Positions 1-12,430 are shown, counted from the stretch's first letter. The stretch: 64,000 bases of DNA from Eledone cirrhosa (GCA_964016885.1 OZ024761.1:23684001-23748000), one strand, 5' to 3'. A program made the numbers and translations. The notes: generated by a model from the sequence alone, not told the origin.

Positions 1-335
1 TCTTTGGGTGATAGGACTTACACTACACCCCACCCAGCTTAACATTACCTGGTCTTTGGGTGCTAGGACTTACACTACAGCCCACCCAGTTTAACATTAC
101 CTGGTCTTTGGGTGCTAGGACTTACACTACAGCCCACCCAGTTTAACATTACCTGGTCTTTGGGTGCTAGGACTTACACTACAGCCCACCCAGTTTAACA
201 TTACCGGGTCTTTGGGTGATAGGACTTACACTACAGCCCACCCAGCTTAACACTACCTGGTCCTTGGGTGATAGGACTTACACTACAGCCCACCCAGTTT
301 AACACAACCACATGGTCCTTGGGTGATAGGACTTA
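1..335. repeat. 52-bp minisatellite (~6 copies) in ALKBH4 intron 2
   Basis: TCTTTGGGTG(A/C)TAGGACTTACACTACAGCCCACCCAG... recurs at 1, 53, 105, etc. Confidence 0.9.
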
Positions 336-403
336 CATGGCATCTCACCGACTTTAACCCTACCACATCGTATGAAACAATGACAATAAAATAATCACAA
401 TAC

Positions 404-610
404 CTGTTTCCTCCGTCCTGACTGGGAATTTACAAATGGTGTCTGGTCAATCTCTTTGATCAACAATTCCTCCTCTTCTCTACTGATGAACTCTTCTTTC
501 AGGAATATTCCAGGATATTCCATGTGTGATCCACCATGTTCCGGATGTTTCTGAAACTCCTCATCTCTCCAAGCTTTCTCACACTGGTTACAGTACAGAT
601 ATGTTGTCAC
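404..610 (-). CDS. ALKBH4: ALKBH4-like 2OG-Fe(II) dioxygenase, coding exon 2 (gene continues beyond the left edge)
   Basis: VTTYLYCNQC...YPGIFLKEEFISREEEELLIKEID...SQSGRRKQ. AG acceptor at 612-611 and GT donor at 403-402; 207 nt, phase 0. SQSGRRKQ is the ALKBH4 motif preceding DYGPKVNF. Confidence 0.9.
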
Positions 611-639
611 CTACAAATACACACACCACACATATATAT

Positions 640-646
<7 letters not shown>

Positions 647-670
<24 letters not shown>

Positions 671-830
671 CCATTTTACGTCCGCTCTTCCCTGCTTGCA
701 AGGGTGGGACGGGTCTTATTCAGCACAGCATCTCTCCATTTGTGACGGTCCTTCGTCATCTCCACCGTGAGCTTCAGCGATCTGAGGTCTGTTCTCACCA
801 CCTACGCCCATGTTTTTCGTGGTCTACCTC
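647..830 (-). mobile_element. RTE-type LINE 3' fragment with (GAT)n tail
   Basis: Reverse complement of the 3' end of the RTE copy at 12255-12430. Confidence 0.75.
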
Positions 831-1031
831 TACGTACTAAGAGTGAGAAATGAAATTTTGTTTCATTCTTTTCCATATATATATATATATATATATGGAA
901 AAGACAGTCCTATGCGAGCAAGACAACCACTCTTGCCTCAAGTGGGAAAACTCCCATCCAAACCCATGCAAGCGTGGAAGATGGACGTTAAACGATGATG
1001 ATGATGATGATATATATATATATATATATAC

Positions 1032-1220
1032 AATATAGAAATGGCTTCTACAGGACTAGAACTGTTTCATTCAGGAGAAATCATCAGGAAACTCTGATGA
1101 TTTCTCCCGAATGAAACAGTTCTAGTCCTGCAGAAGCCATTTCTATATTAAATATTTATACTCTGCTATGTATTGAGTACCTTACTTACTGTGGTTACCC
1201 CTCATTGAACCCGGGATAAA

Positions 1221-1222
<2 letters not shown>
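1032..1222 (+). mobile_element. (TA)n-embedded mini-element: 5' inverted copy, direct copy and 3' tail, with hammerhead-like core (Penelope-like pLTR fragment, family A)
   Basis: Inverted repeat 1032-1087/1094-1149; CTGATGA(1094)...GAAACAGTTCTAGTC. Relatives at 4088-4205, 6934-6995, 32232-32360(-) and 33009-33090. Confidence 0.6.
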
Positions 1223-1247
<25 letters not shown>

Positions 1248-1255
<8 letters not shown>

Positions 1256-1820
1256 ATACTTTGGGAGGGTCATGTTGCCAATAAGAAACACACGCACCAG
1301 TTGCTTTCACTTCAATTTAATTTAATATATATTTATAAATTTACAAATTTATAAATTTCTGGTTGGTTGGTTGGTTCCACAACCAGATAGTTGTTTATAT
1401 ATATATAGTCATAGTTCTTTCGTCACACACTCTGTGACCTCTTCAGTGACTGGGGATTTCTTTCTTCGTTTCTGTGCCTTTCCTTTCTTCTATCCTACGC
1501 CATTTTGTTGGCGTAGGATAGAAGAAAGGAAAGGCACAGAAACGAAGAAAGAAATCCCCAGTCACTGAAGAGGTCACAGAGTGTGTGACGAAAGAACTAT
1601 GACTATATATATATAAACAACTATCTGGTTGTGGAACCAACCAACCAACCAGAAATTTATAAATTTGTAAATTTATAAATATATATTAAATTAAATTGAA
1701 GTGAAAGCAACTGGTGCGTGTGTTTCTTATTGGCAACATGACCCTCCCAAAGTATAACAATATCGGTTTCAACACACGATTTCAGATAAAGAATCTTGCT
1801 AAACAAATTCAGAAACGAAA
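1248..1820 (+). mobile_element. Palindromic Penelope-like module: 255-bp inverted arms (1248-1502/1509-1763), 6-nt loop, unique 3' tail, within (TA)n
   Basis: Mirror ORFs 1371-1568(+) and 1443-1640(-) confirm symmetry about 1505.5; contains a hammerhead fold. Confidence 0.75.
1560..1604 (+). ncRNA. Minimal type-I hammerhead ribozyme fold (mirror copy at 1407-1451 on minus)
   Basis: AGTCA-CTGAAGA-G-GTCACA gagtg TGTGAC-GAAA-G aa C-TA|TGACT: stem I 5 bp, stem II 6 bp (one extra G), 2-bp stem III, CUA cleavage triplet. Confidence 0.65.
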
Positions 1821-2161
1821 TATATATATATATATATAATAATAAAAAGGAGAATTTGTTATGTCTTCATTACGTTTATTGAGTAGTAACCACGCGTTTC
1901 GCTATTGATCAACTCAAGGTTCGAACTGTATCGATCTAGTCAGACTCTGAAATCAAAACGTCATCGGACCTCTGCTGTGGTAATGACATTACAATCCCAA
2001 TCTACCAGCTGAGAGAACTGGAGCAACGGGAAATAAAGTGTCTTGCTCAAGGACACAGCATACCGGCTGGTATCGAATTCACGACCTTATGATTGTGAGC
2101 CAAGTATGTCCTTCTCACACATATATATGTGTGTGTATATATATATATACGTGTATGTGTA

Positions 2162-2193
<32 letters not shown>

Positions 2194-2356
2194 GTATACA
2201 CACACATATATGTGTGTATATATATATATACATATATACACAGACACAAATATATATATACACATCTAAATACACATTATATATATATATATATACACAC
2301 GTCTAAACCCATGCTAGCGTGGAAGATAGACGTTGAACGATGATGATGATGATGAC

Positions 2357-2740
2357 ATGGCTTAGTGGTTAGAGTATTGGCCTTGCAATCGAAAGGTTGT
2401 GAGTTCAATTCTCGAACCGGGTGATATGTTGTTTCCTTGAGCAAGACACTTTATTTCACATTGCTCCAGTTTACTCAGCTGTAGAAATGAGATGATAGGG
2501 ACTGGGTTCCTATCATTCCACTGCAAAGTGGTCGTGGAGGTGCCATGGCAAAAAAGCACCCAGCACTCACTGTAAATGAGGTTGGTGTTAGGAAGGGCAT
2601 CCAGCTGTAGAAATCAAGCCAAAACCAGTTCCCGTATGAGTAAGACAAAGTCAGCCGACCGGACACTGCCCACAGCAGGACAACCCGTCTAACCCATGCT
2701 AGCGTGGAAGAACGGATGTAAGACGGTGATGATGATGATA
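2357..2740 (+). mobile_element. tRNA-derived SINE with RTE-derived 3' tail and (GAT)n end
   Basis: A box TGGCTTAGTGG, B-box-like GAGTTCAATTC, body CCTTGAGCAAGACACTTTATTTCAC, tail shared with RTE copies. Similar copies at 14991-15325, 24070-24350 and 31692-31830. Confidence 0.85.
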
Positions 2741-3751
2741 TACACATACACACACATACATGAATGTATGTGTGTGTCTGTATATATATGTACTTATGTA
2801 ACTAATCGTCACAGTCAACATAGCTTTTTTATTGTTGTTATTATGCGGACGTTCAACAAAGTTGTCTGCCCTTGGAATGGTATTTTTTTGTTTATTTCCG
2901 AGAACGGTAAGGCGGGAATATAATCACCGCCACAACATCACATCCCTCATTTCAATATATAATCCACCTCCATTTTATTACGACGATGAATATGGATCTT
3001 GCTTCGATTTCTACAATGAGTAGTCAGTTGTTTCAGCTTCTTTTGAACGCCTTATTTCGTTAAACTATCGTCTATTTGGCTGAGTATTCCGTAAATAGGT
3101 ATACCCTTAACGTTATTTATTTTTCTATTATTAACATAGAGCGTTGAACAACATGCTTTGCGGTATATAGTTACGCCGGGGTTCTTTACATTCACAAGTT
3201 CAAATCCCGCCGAGGTTAGAATCGCCTTTCATCTTTGCGGGGTCGATAAAATAAAATACCAGTAACACACGGTGGTCGTTCAAATTACTGGCTTTGTGAC
3301 AAATGTAGAAACTATTATTAAATAGATAAAACCACAAAACACATCAGTTTGATTCATCGAAATGTCGAACGGCGACCTATTAATACAAACACATAAAGCC
3401 TATATTAATACAGAAATCCTATTCAATACTAAAAATTCAAGGTCCGTTAAAGGTGTTCAGTTAGGAGTATTTGTCCTCAATTGATTTAAGTCCCGAAAGA
3501 TGTTACCATCATTACACCTTTAGTAGGAATCGAACCCGCGAAGGCAAAGGGGTATGGAAAGGAAGCATTACGCTAAACCACACAGCCACCAACCATCGCA
3601 ATATATACTAGCTTAAATTAACCTATATATTCTTTCACACATATACATACATATACACATACATACATACATACATAGACATGTTAGCTGTTGTACAGAA
3701 GGAATGTTTTTATTTCGTGTGTTTATATATAAAATATATACACCAGTGCCA

Positions 3752-3787
<36 letters not shown>

Positions 3788-3789
<2 letters not shown>

Positions 3790-3966
3790 CGAAGGAAATG
3801 TGGTAAGGAACCAGGTGGACCATAACGCACCAAAGTACTCAATACTTAGGGTAGTAGAGTGGGTAATAGGAACGAGTAGGACCCCGACGGCTAATTCTGG
3901 ACTAAAGAACTAGAATTAGCCGTCGAAACGGCTTGAGCTCAGCCGTCGGGGTCTTACTCGTTCCTA
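3788..3966. mobile_element. (TA)n-embedded mini-element with inverted segment (family B), containing a GAAAC-stem-GTC hammerhead-like 3' half
   Basis: Inverted repeat ATAGGAACGAGTAGGACCCCGACGGCT/AGCCGTCGGGGTCTTACTCGTTCCTAT. Relatives at 32396-32561, 34035-34137 and 41167-41241; shares GTATTGAGTAC with family A. Confidence 0.55.
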
Positions 3967-4321
3967 TATATATATATATAGCAGTGTGTGTGTGTGTGTA
4001 TATATATACAATAGAATCATTTGATAAGATATATTCACCATCTCCTCTACCAAGTTTGTGTATATATATATATAAACAAGCACAGACTCTCCCGAATGAA
4101 ACAGTTCTAGTCCTGTAGAAGCCATTTCTATATTAAATATTTATACTCTGCTATATATTGAGTACCTTACTTACTGTGGTTACCCCCCCCCCCCGAGATA
4201 AACTTATATATATATACATATACAGTGTGTGTGTGTGTGTATATATATATATAGAGAGAGAGAGAGAGAAAGAGATAGATAAGCAAAGAAATATTTAATA
4301 TATATATATAGAGAGAGAGAG

Positions 4322-4675
4322 ATATGTTTCTTTATTGGCCACAGGGGCACAAAAGAAGGGAACAAATACAAAGGGGGAAGTTTACATACAATAAAAACGT
4401 GTAAAATACTATCACAAATGCAATCGAAAAAACAATCGATTTTCCCCAATAGTGGGAGACATTACATATGGGTAACACATACCCCCGAAAAAATGTGCAA
4501 CCCTCGTCTCCAGGAGTACGAAGAGCGTGTACCTCTTTCCTCTCTTACTCTTTTTCCTCAACCTACAGGCTGAGATATATATAGATAGATATGTTTCTTT
4601 ATTAGCCACAGGGGCAAAAAAGAAGGGGACAAATACAAAGGGGGAAGTATACATACAATAAAAACGTGTAAAATA
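4322..4675 (-). mobile_element. Two LINE 3'-end fragments (Tx1/L1-like) adjoining microsatellites
   Basis: Duplicated ...CCCCTGTGG(C/T)AATAAAGAAACATATC end, similar to the 3' end at 13190-13215. Confidence 0.5.
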
Positions 4676-4946
4676 ATCTCGATTCACGAACGACTCGCAT
4701 TACAAACAATTTTTCCGAACATAAAACGTCTCAGTTGACAAACAGTGTCTCGAGTAACGAACACTAAGCCGGCAACAAGCTGAGAATATCAGCGGGAAAA
4801 ATAATCATTTGCTGTGTAGTTAGTTACTGTGGTAATATCTATCTCTCTTTCACACACAGTCTCCCTCTCTTTCTCGACATTTCGCATGAGAAAAATAGTT
4901 TTGGCTTACGAACATTTCGGGTGTTGAACGAATTGAGTTCGTGAAC
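4675..4946. mobile_element. Probable pogo/Tigger-type MITE
   Basis: Imperfect TIRs ATCTCGATTCACGAAC / GTTCGTGAACCGAGGT. Confidence 0.45.
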
Positions 4947-4952
4947 CGAGGT

Positions 4953-5004
<52 letters not shown>

Positions 5005-5062
5005 CCATCATCACCACCACCACCACCACCACCACCACCATTTTACGTCCGTTCTTCCACGC

Positions 5063-5105
<43 letters not shown>

Positions 5106-5124
5106 ACATATAAATATATATATG

Positions 5125-5204
5125 TACAGGGTGTCCCCACCAAAATGTAAACACATATTTATTAGAATGCTGTTGAAGTGTGTATATATATTTTGGGGGC
5201 ACCC

Positions 5205-5208
<4 letters not shown>
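5125..5208. mobile_element. Tiny Tc1/mariner-type MITE (TA-CAGGGTGTCCCC TIR)
   Basis: TACAGGGTGTCCCC...GGGGCACCCTATA; relatives at 32820-32925 and 34246-34345. Confidence 0.6.
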
Positions 5209-5235
<27 letters not shown>

Positions 5236-5337
5236 CGTGGTCAGAGAATTGGATTCGCAAACGTGAGGTTGTGAGTTCAATTCTCGGACTGGGCGATATG
5301 TTATGTCCTTGAGCAAGACACTTTATTTCACGTTGCG

Positions 5338-5372
<35 letters not shown>

Positions 5373-5989
5373 GGGGGGGGGACACCCTATATACTGTGTA
5401 TATATATATATTTTTTTTTGGGGGGGGGACCCTATATACTGTATATATATATATAGTGAAGGTGCGTGGCTTAGTGGTTAGTACGCAGTCCACCATGTAA
5501 AGTGGTAGTGCTGATGCCCCGACAAAAAGCACCCAAGTCTACCCTATAAGGTAGTCATGCTGGTGCCATAATAAAAATTACCCAGGCCACAGCTGTATTT
5601 CAACTGAAGAACCTAAAGATAGAATATAGTGGTATTGAAGCCCTTAATCAATGGGCCATTTCATTAGCAAAGAAACTAATTAGGCAGTACTAATTAACCT
5701 TTAATTAAGTGAAGGTTTATATTGAAATAGCAGACATCAGACAGTTTTAAAGAGAGCTGGGTGTGACATTGATAGTGATGGAGGGGGGTGTTTCGTGCAG
5801 GAGGGTGTTGGTGGAGGAAGGTGGTTGGTCATGGGGGGTGGAGGGTTGTTGGTGGAGGAGGGTGGGGGTGGCAGTTTGAAGTGAGGAAATCTATGAGGGA
5901 TGGTGTGAGTAGAAAATAGTAAAGGGTTCTTTTACTGGCCATCTCTCTCGGTTTCTCTCTACCTCTCTCCTTCCTATTCACATCTTTAA

Positions 5990-6305
5990 ATTCAACACTA
6001 CCACCATCATCATTGCCACCACCAGCACTACTACCACCAACCCCCAAACCACAACACTACTACTACCACCATCATCATCACCGCCATCACCACAACAAAA
6101 TATACATCTTACCCCACCACCAACACTACCATCATCACAACCAACACTACCATGATCACTACCATCACCATCACAACCGATACCCCCACTACCATCACCA
6201 ACACAATCACCACCGCTACCATCATCACAACAACCACCACCACTACCATCGCCACTATCAACATCATCACCACCACCACCAACATTACCATCACCACCAT
6301 CAAAC
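5990..6305. repeat. Degenerate (CAC/CAT/TAC)n low-complexity tract
   Basis: Trinucleotide-periodic; similar tracts at 7735-8195, 9925-10105 and 12845-13045. Confidence 0.85.
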
Positions 6306-6659
6306 ATACACCCACCTCTCCATTTCATTCATTAATCTCTGTTAATCTTCAGTAAAATGTGGATTAAATTGTAGCTGTGGCTGTGTATGTATGTATATGT
6401 AACTGTGTATGTGTAGCTACGTATGTGTATGTCTGGATGCGTAGCTATGTATGTGTATCTCTGTGTATGCGTGTATGTATATATATATATAGCTGTGTAT
6501 ATGTACATGTAGGTATGTATGTGTATACGTAGCTATGTATGTATAATAATAATGAATAAATAAATAAATAAATAAAAGAAAACTACTTAGGCCGGCCCCA
6601 GGATTGATCCAGGTAACTTGCTTTGACTGTAAGAAATGATAGCTTTGTTTGTGTTTTAC

Positions 6660-6773
6660 CTGAGGCTTGCCATCGTGTGGGATTGATGGATTGTTGAAAT
6701 AATGTTCACATAATAAACACGTTCGGATTCCTTTACAAGAACATCGCTTCATCTCATCACAGCCATCCTTCAT
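6660..6773 (-). CDS. ALKBH4: ALKBH4 coding exon 1
   Basis: MKDGCDEMKRCSCKGIRTCLLCE...KPQ followed by a GTAAAA donor at 6659. CxCKGIRTCLxCE is the ALKBH4 N-terminal motif; 114 nt, in phase with exon 2. Confidence 0.9.
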
Positions 6774-6899
6774 TTTTCATGACAACTTAATAACAATATG
6801 TGGAACCAGGGACGTATAGAGACACCGAACTATTTTAATAAAGGCGGTGTTCAGTCAAATTTATCCCTATTGGACTAAAATAATCCCAGATAAACCGTG

Positions 6900-6931
<32 letters not shown>

Positions 6932-8474
6932 CGGTGATGATTTCTCCCCGAATGAAACAGTTCTAGTCCTGTAGAAGCCTTTTCTATATTAAATATATAT
7001 ATATTTATATGTGTGTGTGAGTGTGTATGTATATATAAATGTATATACATACATATATATATATATATACACTCTCAGATCTCAAATAATCGCACCACCC
7101 ACTCCTTATTAATTTTTCAGATTTTTTCAAACACTTCCTCCCCCACGCTCTTATTTCACCCCGCCGCGTTTATTTATTAAATTTTGCTAATCTAAGTTAG
7201 TTGGTTGTCGAGGATATTCGTTCGGGCAGACGTCACACAAAATAGATTTTTTTTTTTTTTTTTTTTTTTGAAGTAGCAACAGTAAGGATTCTCTCCTGAG
7301 ACATTCTAATCTGATACTGTGGACATGTGGTTAGAATATCGCAGGAAAGATCGCTAGACAGATTTAAAGGGCAAGACCAACTGGCAGGAGATACGGAGTA
7401 GACCCCGAGCAAGATGGTTGGATACCATCCATGAGCTTGACTGGACTCGATTGGGGACCCTGTCGGAATTAGTTGAACACGGTTGCTTCTGGAAGGAGTG
7501 TTTAAGGAGTCGATCCCCACGAGACTCTCTCGAATAAGTAGGAGAAGAAGAGAGTAAAACAGATTTCATACAACGAATAACTGTAAGTCACCAACATCCG
7601 GCGTAAACAGTAAAGGGAGAGCACTCTCCCATTACGTGATGTATATTACCTTTTAACGCACTCCACATCGAAACTACGACAGCTCAATTGGTTTTTTATT
7701 TTTGTTATTTTTATCTAAATAAAACACACTTGATGACAACAGAGACGGCACCGACAACTACAACAACAACACTAACAACATCTACCTACACTACCACCAC
7801 CATCCCCAATATAACACCGACATCACCCCAACAAAACACTATCGGCATCACCAACATAACACCGACATCACATCAACCACCACCACTACCATCACCACCA
7901 CCACTACCATCAACACCAACACTATCAACAACAACAGCAACACCAACAATTTAAAAAGCTAAAAACAATTACATCTCTAAGAAACCACTCCTACAGTTGC
8001 CACCACCGCCACCATCAACATACTACCACCGCTACTACCTCTACTACCGCCACTATCATTATTACTACTACCACTACTACCACCACCACCAGCACCGCTA
8101 CCACCAGCACCGCTATCGCCACTACCACCAGCACCGCTATCGGCACTACCACCACTACCACAACAATCACCGCCACCAACACTACTAACAACAATAACAG
8201 CAAGAGTATCTATGTGATCGCTAGAAATAGCAGCTAAATCTTTTCTCTCCTTCTCTCTCTCTTAAAATCGCACTCCACCACTCTCTCGCCGTTTAGAAAT
8301 ACAAAGGACACATTAAATAAAATAATATAGTGTAATGTAATGTAATGTAAGGTAATTTCCGACGAGATGGTCAAGGTTGGAATGCCATTAATTACAGCAG
8401 TCCTCACAGATAATCCAGAATGACCTGTCCCTGCCTGACCAGGGCTAAAACAACCACAACGGCTGCGTACTGTT

Positions 8475-8595
8475 GGTCACGTGGTTTAACCATAGATTTG
8501 TCTACCTTTTTTGTATTGAGAGTTCCACGGTGAAGATGGCGAGTCGAGGCAATGTGGATGTAATGAAAGGCGTTTGAGGACGATTTACGGTTAGT
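8475..8595 (+). promoter_or_regulatory. Candidate promoter and non-coding first exon (E-box, AAGATGGCG, short uORF, donor)
   Basis: GGTCACGTGG at 8475-8484; AAGATGGCG at 8533; ATG8536-TGA8577; ACG|GTTAGT at 8590. Confidence 0.35.
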
Positions 8596-9121
8596 AAAAG
8601 CTAAAAGTACACATTATTCGTGGGCTTTTATTGTTGGGCAAGGGTTCTACTTTGATTTTATTTCGCATCCCGTCAATCTAGCTTTCTTTTTTATACAATC
8701 TATGTGTATATATAGGAAGGCATGTATGGACTAGACTGATGAATAAATATATATACACACACACATATATATATATATAATATATTATATATATATAGAC
8801 ATATACACCTGACAATCGTGTAAGTGTATACATGCATGCACACATATATATATATATATGCTTAGCAATATATGTATACGATATATATACTTTATATATA
8901 TTATATCTGCATAGCAAAATGACTTTGCATATGCATATATAGAGAGGGAGATAGATAGATGCATTTATGAGATTTTGAAAAACAAATGAAATGTAGTCCT
9001 CCACACGCAAATAAATATAATAATACCCGATCACTACAAATAATTGTTGAGAAATTGAGTAAAATACACCTGGAGACGGAGAAAATAACTAGATAGACGC
9101 ACCTGCATTTATATTTATAAT

Positions 9122-9321
9122 NNNNNNNNNNNNNNNNNNNNNNNNNNNNNNNNNNNNNNNNNNNNNNNNNNNNNNNNNNNNNNNNNNNNNNNNNNNNNNN
9201 NNNNNNNNNNNNNNNNNNNNNNNNNNNNNNNNNNNNNNNNNNNNNNNNNNNNNNNNNNNNNNNNNNNNNNNNNNNNNNNNNNNNNNNNNNNNNNNNNNNN
9301 NNNNNNNNNNNNNNNNNNNNN
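9122..9321. other. Assembly gap (200 N)
   Basis: Run of n. Confidence 1.
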
Positions 9322-9875
9322 AGAGAGAGTCAGTCTATAGACTAGAGAGAGGGAGAGAGACAGTCTATAGACTAGAGAGAGGGGGTATGGAGAGAGAGAG
9401 AGTCAGTCTATAGACTAGAGGGAGAGAGAGAGACACAGTCTATAGACTAGAGAGAGGGGGTATGGAGAGAGAGAGAAGCAGTCTATAGACTAGAGGGAGG
9501 GAGGGAGACACAGTCTATAGACTAGAGAGAGAGAAAGTGACAATCTATAGACAAGAGGGAGGGAGAGAGAGACAGTCTATAGACTAGAGAGAGAGAGACA
9601 AAAATAGAGACTGTAGACTAAACAGAGAGAGAAAAGGGAGCTAGACTATAAACAAAAGAGAGAGTGAGTGAGAGAAACTACAGATTGAAGAGAGAGGGGG
9701 AGAGTGTAGACTAAAGAGAGAGAGAGGGGGATAAACTACAGATCGAAGAGAGAGAGAGGGGGATAAACTACAGATCGAAGAGAGAGAGAGAGAGACTAGA
9801 CTAAAGAGAGAGGGGGGGAGAAACTACAGATCGAAGAGAGAGAGACTAGACTAAAGAAAGAGAGAGAGAGAGAGA
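9322..9875. repeat. (GA)n-rich tandem repeat with palindromic AGTCTATAGACT core
   Basis: CAGTCTATAGACTAGAGAG repeated; abuts the gap. Confidence 0.85.
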
Positions 9876-10382
9876 ATATGTTGATATGGTAAGTTAACTG
9901 GTCAATATTGAATATTGATATTTGATGGTGATATGATGATGGTATGGTGGTGGTGGTGGTGGTGGTGTGGTGGTAGATGATGGCGATGGGAGGGGGGTTA
10001 GTGGTGGTGTTGTGGTGGTAGGTAGTGGTGGTGTGGTGGTGGTGGTGTGGTGGTGTGGTGGTGGTGGTGTGGTGGTGGTGGTGGTTTAGGTGGTGGTGTG
10101 GTGTAGTGTTCGTGTTGATGGCAGTTCTAATTAGGGATGTACATTTGTGTGTGTGTATGTATATATGTGTGTGTTTATGTATGTTTATATATGTATGTGT
10201 GTTTATATGTGTGTGTATAAATGTGTGTGTGTGTATATATGTTGGTATGTATGTGTATATGAATGTGTGACTGCACATATATGTGTGTGTATATATAGAC
10301 GTTAGTGTATGTATCTATATATAGTGTGTGTGTATATGTATATATGTAGTGTGTGAGTGTATATATGTGTTTATATATATAT

Positions 10383-10428
<46 letters not shown>

Positions 10429-10696
10429 ATGCTAGCATGGACGTTAAACGAAGATGATGATGATGATGATATAATGTGTGTATGTATATATATATATATA
10501 TATGTAATACATTATATATATATTCTCTTTTATGCTGCTATTGATTTTTCTGGCTTGCAATCCTTGGACTGTGGCCATACTGGAGCACTGCCTAAAGTTT
10601 TCTCTACACGAGACCAGAATAATCCTATCCTTTATATAGTTCATGATATGCCTCAAGTTACTCTTCTAGTATTACACAACATAGAATTATGATACC

Positions 10697-11072
10697 ACCA
10701 GCATGGGTTTGACAGGTTGTCCTGATATCCACCATCATCGCACCTCTATTTTCCATTCTAGCATGGGTTTGACAGGTTGTCCTTTTATCGACCACCACAG
10801 CTCTATTTTCCATTCTAGCATGAGTTTGACAGGTTGTTCTGATACCATCATCGCACCTCTAGTTTCCATTCTAGCATGGGTTTGACAGGTTGTCCTGATA
10901 TCCACCATCATCACACCTCTATTTTCCATTCTAGCATGGGTTTGACAGGTTGTCCTTTTATCGACCACCACAGCTCTATTTTCCATTCTAGCATGAGTTT
11001 GACAGGTTGTTCTGATACCATCATCGCACCTCTATTTTCCATTCTAGCATGGGTTTGACAGGTTGTCCTGAC
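10697..11072. repeat. Tandem array of SINE/RTE-tail-like unit with 173-bp higher-order period
   Basis: TTCCATTCTAGCATGGGTTTGACAGGTTGTC units; near-identical ORFs at 10703 and 10876 are 173 bp apart. Confidence 0.85.
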
Positions 11073-11520
11073 ATGACAACCTCTCAAGTGTTTATGTCAC
11101 AATAAACACACAGTGAAGGACATCCAGCCATAGAAAGCTTGTCAAAGACATGACAACCTCTCTAGTGATTATGTCACAATAAACACACAGTGAAGGACAA
11201 GTTTTCTATGGCTTTGACAAGTTTTCTATGGCTGGACAGCCATAGAAAACTTGTCAAAGACATGACAACCTCTCTAGTGCTTATGTCACAATAAAAAGCA
11301 CTCATTAGAGTTTGAGAATGTATCTAAACGAGATGAGAAACTCTCAACGTGTCTGAGAGATCAGTAGCCCCACTTGAGCGCTGATTCAGTCTGTGAAAAC
11401 ATGTCCAACCTTTGCTAGCAGGGAAAACGAATTTGTGTTTAGCATACCTTAGTATATAAAAGAGTCAAACATTAACTAAATGAGCTCTCAATATTTGTGG
11501 TAGTGTGTAGAAATTTATGT

Positions 11521-11749
11521 TTAACCCTTTAGCATTTACATTACTCTATATGTACTATTGTATTTTCAAGGTGAAGGCTTTATCTTACATAATTATCTCA
11601 CATAATATTGAGTCTATGAGATTTTGATATTATTTATTTTGAGACCAATACCTTAACATCACTATGAGCAGCCAGTTACAGCCGGTTTGAATAGAAAGGG
11701 TTGAGAGAATTCTGGCCAGATACAGCTGGTTTAAATGCTAAAGGGTTAA
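11521..11749. mobile_element. piggyBac-type MITE (TTAA target, TIR CCCTTTAGCATTTA)
   Basis: TTAACCCTTTAGCATTTA...TAAATGCTAAAGGGTTAA. Further full or partial copies near 20690-20838, 29033-29193, 29967-30184, 42590-42755, 43765-43960, 55645-55812 and 56810-57006. Confidence 0.8.
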
Positions 11750-11854
11750 ACCTCTTTACATGTAAAACACACACACACTCAATATTTCACCATCCTTAAT
11801 GTTTTCTTCATGTAAACCCTTTGTAGTTAATAAATAAATTATTAATCCTAAAGG

Positions 11855-12430
11855 ATACTATGTTCCGAGGCCATAGCATCTAGAATAAGGACGGGTTGGA
11901 AGAAGTTTAGGGAGCTGCTTCCTCTGCTGACGAAGAAGGGTTTCTCCCTGCGTACGAAAGGCCGGTTATATGATGCCTGTGTGAGGAGCGTGATGCTGCA
12001 TGGACTTGGGCAGCAACTGCAGAGGATATGCGACGGCTGGAGAGAAATGAGGCAAGCATGCTCCGTTGGATGTGCAGTATCAATGTGCGTGAACGACCCA
12101 GCATGAATGTGTTGAGAGAGAAACTGTGTCTGAGAGGGATAGAATGTAGGGTGCGAGAGAGGAGACTGAGGTGGTATGGACATGTGATGCGCATGGAGGA
12201 TGACCGATGGGTGAAGAAGTGCTAGGAAAAGAAATGCCAGTTGAAGGAAGACGTGGTAGAGGTAGACCACGAAAAACATGGGTGGAGGTGGTGAGAACAG
12301 ACCTGAGATTGCTGCAGCGCACGGTGGAGATGACGAAGGACCATGACAAGTGGAGAGATGGTGTGCTGAATAAGACCCGTCCCATCCTTGCAAGCAGGGA
12401 AGAGCGGACGTAAAATGATGCTGATGAGGA
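11855..12430 (+). mobile_element. RTE-clade LINE 3' fragment (degenerate)
   Basis: MRRLERNEASMLRWMC...RLRWYGHVMRM...GRRGRGRPRKTW, plus (GAT)n tail. Confidence 0.9.

Noticed and set aside
1371-1640. Twin 65-aa ORFs on opposite strands
   Set aside because: Mirror images caused by the palindrome; non-ATG start and no recognisable protein
5978-6355. His-, Thr- and Gly-rich ORFs (also 7688-8203 and 9796-10278)
   Set aside because: Translations of trinucleotide low-complexity tracts
10697-11072. Possible CRISPR-like array (also 1-335 and 35395-36400)
   Set aside because: Inter-repeat segments are themselves repeated rather than unique spacers; eukaryotic context with no cas genes
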